A stretch of DNA of 12,772 bases from Microcoleus sp. herbarium2. Its GTDB lineage: Bacteria; Cyanobacteriota; Cyanobacteriia; Cyanobacteriales; Microcoleaceae. Of this stretch, positions 11,129 through 12,772 are shown one piece after another. Position 1 is the first letter of the stretch, and each line of letters starts with the position of its first letter. The notes beneath the pieces are model-generated. The model searched no databases, was not told the origin of the DNA, and saw only the letters and a program-made list of their open reading frames with translations. The stretch covers positions 1 through 12,772 of the forward strand of contig JAUBOM010000168.1 of NCBI GenBank assembly GCA_036700245.1, written 5' to 3'. Made by a program: the position numbers and the translations under genes.

Positions 11129-11383
11129 AAAACTCATTCCTCTGCAGCCCTGGAAGCATCTCTAGTCAAAATTATCACAGGATTAACTGCTCGCTCTCCC
11201 GGTAGTTATATTCCGATTAACCAGGTTGCCAGCGAATTTAATAAGTTATACAATCAACCAATTACTAAAAAATTGCAATCTCTGAATTTGGGCAGCAAGG
11301 TGATTGATTTTTTGCAGTCATGCCAAACTTTTAAAGTTAAAAAAGATGGTAAGAATTATCAAGTGGCGATCGCACTTCCCTAG
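11129..11383 (+). other. Post-stop in-frame extension encoding a second OST-HTH/LOTUS-like domain, with no start codon of its own
   Basis: The same frame as 9941-11128 continues after the TGA as KTHSSAALEASLVKIITGLTARSPGSYIPINQVASEFNKLYNQPITKKLQSLNLGSKVIDFLQSCQTFKVKKDGKNYQVAIALP*. It parallels the first LOTUS-like domain, including the ...YQVAIA ending. Confidence 0.6.
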
Positions 11384-11553
11384 CTTTTTTATAAATACGG
11401 CCCTATCTGCGCTGTAAATCGCCCGCCGAACCGTGCAAAATTACCAGAGTGCGATCGGAAAAATATTTTTTTATTTACGGCTATCGCCAATTACGAGCGC
11501 CAATCATACGCGCAATAACTCCAATAGAACTTGCAGCAGCTAACCGTCAAAAA

Positions 11554-11594
11554 TTTAATCTAATCTTAACCATAATTTTAAACAACCTTAGGGT
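11554..11594 (+). promoter_or_regulatory. Pho-box array 1 (candidate SphR/PhoB binding sites)
   Basis: TTTAATCT-aat-CTTAACCA-taa-TTTTAAAC-aac-CTTAGGGT: 8-bp boxes on an 11-bp period. The first two match PyTTAAPyPy(T/A) exactly. Confidence 0.6.
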
Positions 11595-11623
11595 TTTTGC
11601 GCCCCTTTGTTAACTGTTAAAAA

Positions 11624-11686
11624 CTTAATCAACAGTTAACCATAATTTAAAACAAGCTTATTGTTTCCTAGACCTTTACTTAAACA
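11624..11686 (+). promoter_or_regulatory. Pho-box array 2 (candidate SphR/PhoB binding sites), proximal to pstS
   Basis: CTTAATCA-aca-GTTAACCA-taa-TTTAAAAC-aag-CTTATTGT, plus an in-phase CTTAAACA at 11679-11686. This is a 70-bp-offset direct repeat of array 1. A possible -10 element, TATCCT, lies at 11695-11700. Confidence 0.6.
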
Positions 11687-11743
11687 TTTCCGTCTATCCT
11701 ATTGAGGGGATTCCCCAAATTCTGCTATTTAAGGAGGAGGAAT

Positions 11744-12772
11744 ATGATTTTTTTCACAGCACGTTGGCGACGTGCCTTTATACTTACGTTAGCAGCAGCA
11801 GCATTTTCACTCTCGTTGATTAGTTCTGCTGTAGCTGCTGTAACGCTAAACGGTTCGGGAGCAACTTTTCCCAAACCCCTTTACGATCGCTACTTCTCTC
11901 AGATGAGAAGTGCAAATCAAATTACTGTAAACTACGAAGGAACTGGCAGCGGTGCTGGTATCAAAGCATTAATTTCAGGCACTGTTGATTTCGCAGGCAG
12001 CGACGCGCTGATGACAGCCGCACAAATCGCTCAGGTAAAGCGTGGCGTCATGGCAGTTCCCACTGCTGGCGGCGCTGTTGCAGTTGTTTACAACTTGCCC
12101 GGAGTGACCAATCTGAGGCTAAATAACGATGCCATGAAAGGCATCTTTGAAGGCAAAATTACCCGCTGGAACGATCCTAAAATAGCCGGAATTTCTGGAC
12201 AAGCTAAAGGCTTGCCAAATACTCCAATTCGAGTAGCTGTACGGGCAGACAGCAGCGGTACTAGCTTTATTTTTGCTAATCACTTGCAGGCAACTGGTAG
12301 CAGCATCAAAGCTGCCGCTCAGCCGAGTTGGCCCGGAAGCCCTGTCAGCGGTCAAGGAAACCCCGGCGTAGCTGCTTTGGTGAAGAATACAGCGGGTGCG
12401 ATCGGCTACGTTCAAGATACTTATGCTCGGCAAAACAAGCTTCAGACAGCATTTATTCAAAATAAAGCTGGTCGGTTTGTAGATCCTAGCTTGGCTGAAG
12501 CAGAGAAAGCTTTAGCAGGGGAAACATTCCCCGCAGATTTCCGCTTAGTAGAAGGCAATCCTAACGACGGTTATCCGATTGTTGGTTTGACTTGGCTGTT
12601 AATCTACAAACAGTATCCTGCTGCCAAAGCAGAGGCTATTAAAAAGATGGTTAATTGGGTGATGACTACAGGTCAAGGTATCAACAAACAGCTAGAGTAT
12701 ACTGCAATTCCTTCAGCTACAGCTCAAAAGGTGGTTCAAACAGTTAATCAGACTGTGGTTGCCAGAAGTTAA
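11744..12772 (+). CDS. pstS: Phosphate ABC transporter substrate-binding protein (PstS family)
   Basis: ATG at 11744 preceded by AAGGAGGAGG; the TTG at 11702 in the ORF track is unlikely. Signal peptide with an AVA-AV cleavage-like site. PstS motifs GSGATFP, YEGTGSGAGI and DFAGSD are present. The TAA stop is at the window end. Confidence 0.9.
   Translation: MIFFTARWRRAFILTLAAAAFSLSLISSAVAAVTLNGSGATFPKPLYDRYFSQMRSANQITVNYEGTGSGAGIKALISGTVDFAGSDALMTAAQIAQVKRGVMAVPTAGGAVAVVYNLPGVTNLRLNNDAMKGIFEGKITRWNDPKIAGISGQAKGLPNTPIRVAVRADSSGTSFIFANHLQATGSSIKAAAQPSWPGSPVSGQGNPGVAALVKNTAGAIGYVQDTYARQNKLQTAFIQNKAGRFVDPSLAEAEKALAGETFPADFRLVEGNPNDGYPIVGLTWLLIYKQYPAAKAEAIKKMVNWVMTTGQGINKQLEYTAIPSATAQKVVQTVNQTVVARS

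Noticed and set aside
12119-12460. 113-aa minus ORF antisense to pstS, and the 66-aa plus ORF at 2606-2806 antisense to the 80-aa gene.
   Set aside because: They are embedded in or overlap better-supported genes and have no signals of their own.

Overview
Cyanobacterial chromosomal segment. Supporting this are a partial psbD at the left edge, at least a dozen copies of the HIP1 octamer GCGATCGC, and STRR-type heptamer repeats, which suggest a filamentous lineage. Core genes are psbD (N-terminus only), a small conserved ORF joined by an ATGA overlap to an ECF/CbiO-type ABC ATPase, ubiD, a Zn-ribbon/NYN/LOTUS protein, and pstS behind a duplicated Pho-box promoter. From about 1.66 to 7.95 kb lies an accessory-looking block. 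It holds a DUF4058-like protein with a PD-(D/E)xK-type motif, an 80-aa ORF, three tandem paralogous 70-aa HTH genes, an NLR-like coiled-coil + NB-ARC + TPR gene split over two reading frames, and a small-ORF/253-aa gene pair. Three same-orientation copies of a ~95-bp hairpin repeat separate these cassettes. The strongest observation is that the NB-ARC frame has no start codon for its conserved pre-P-loop motif. It is reachable from the upstream coiled-coil ORF only by a -1 shift at an in-phase A_AAA_AAG heptamer followed by a hairpin. That is either programmed frameshifting or a homopolymer indel. Other notable points: an in-frame TGA separates the NYN protein from a second start-less LOTUS-like domain; the TPR array has near-identical 126-bp units that vary at fixed positions; and the 3' ends of two HTH paralogs look homogenised by gene conversion. 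No tRNA, rRNA, CRISPR array or transposase gene was found. All family names come from my reading of the translations, not from database searches.
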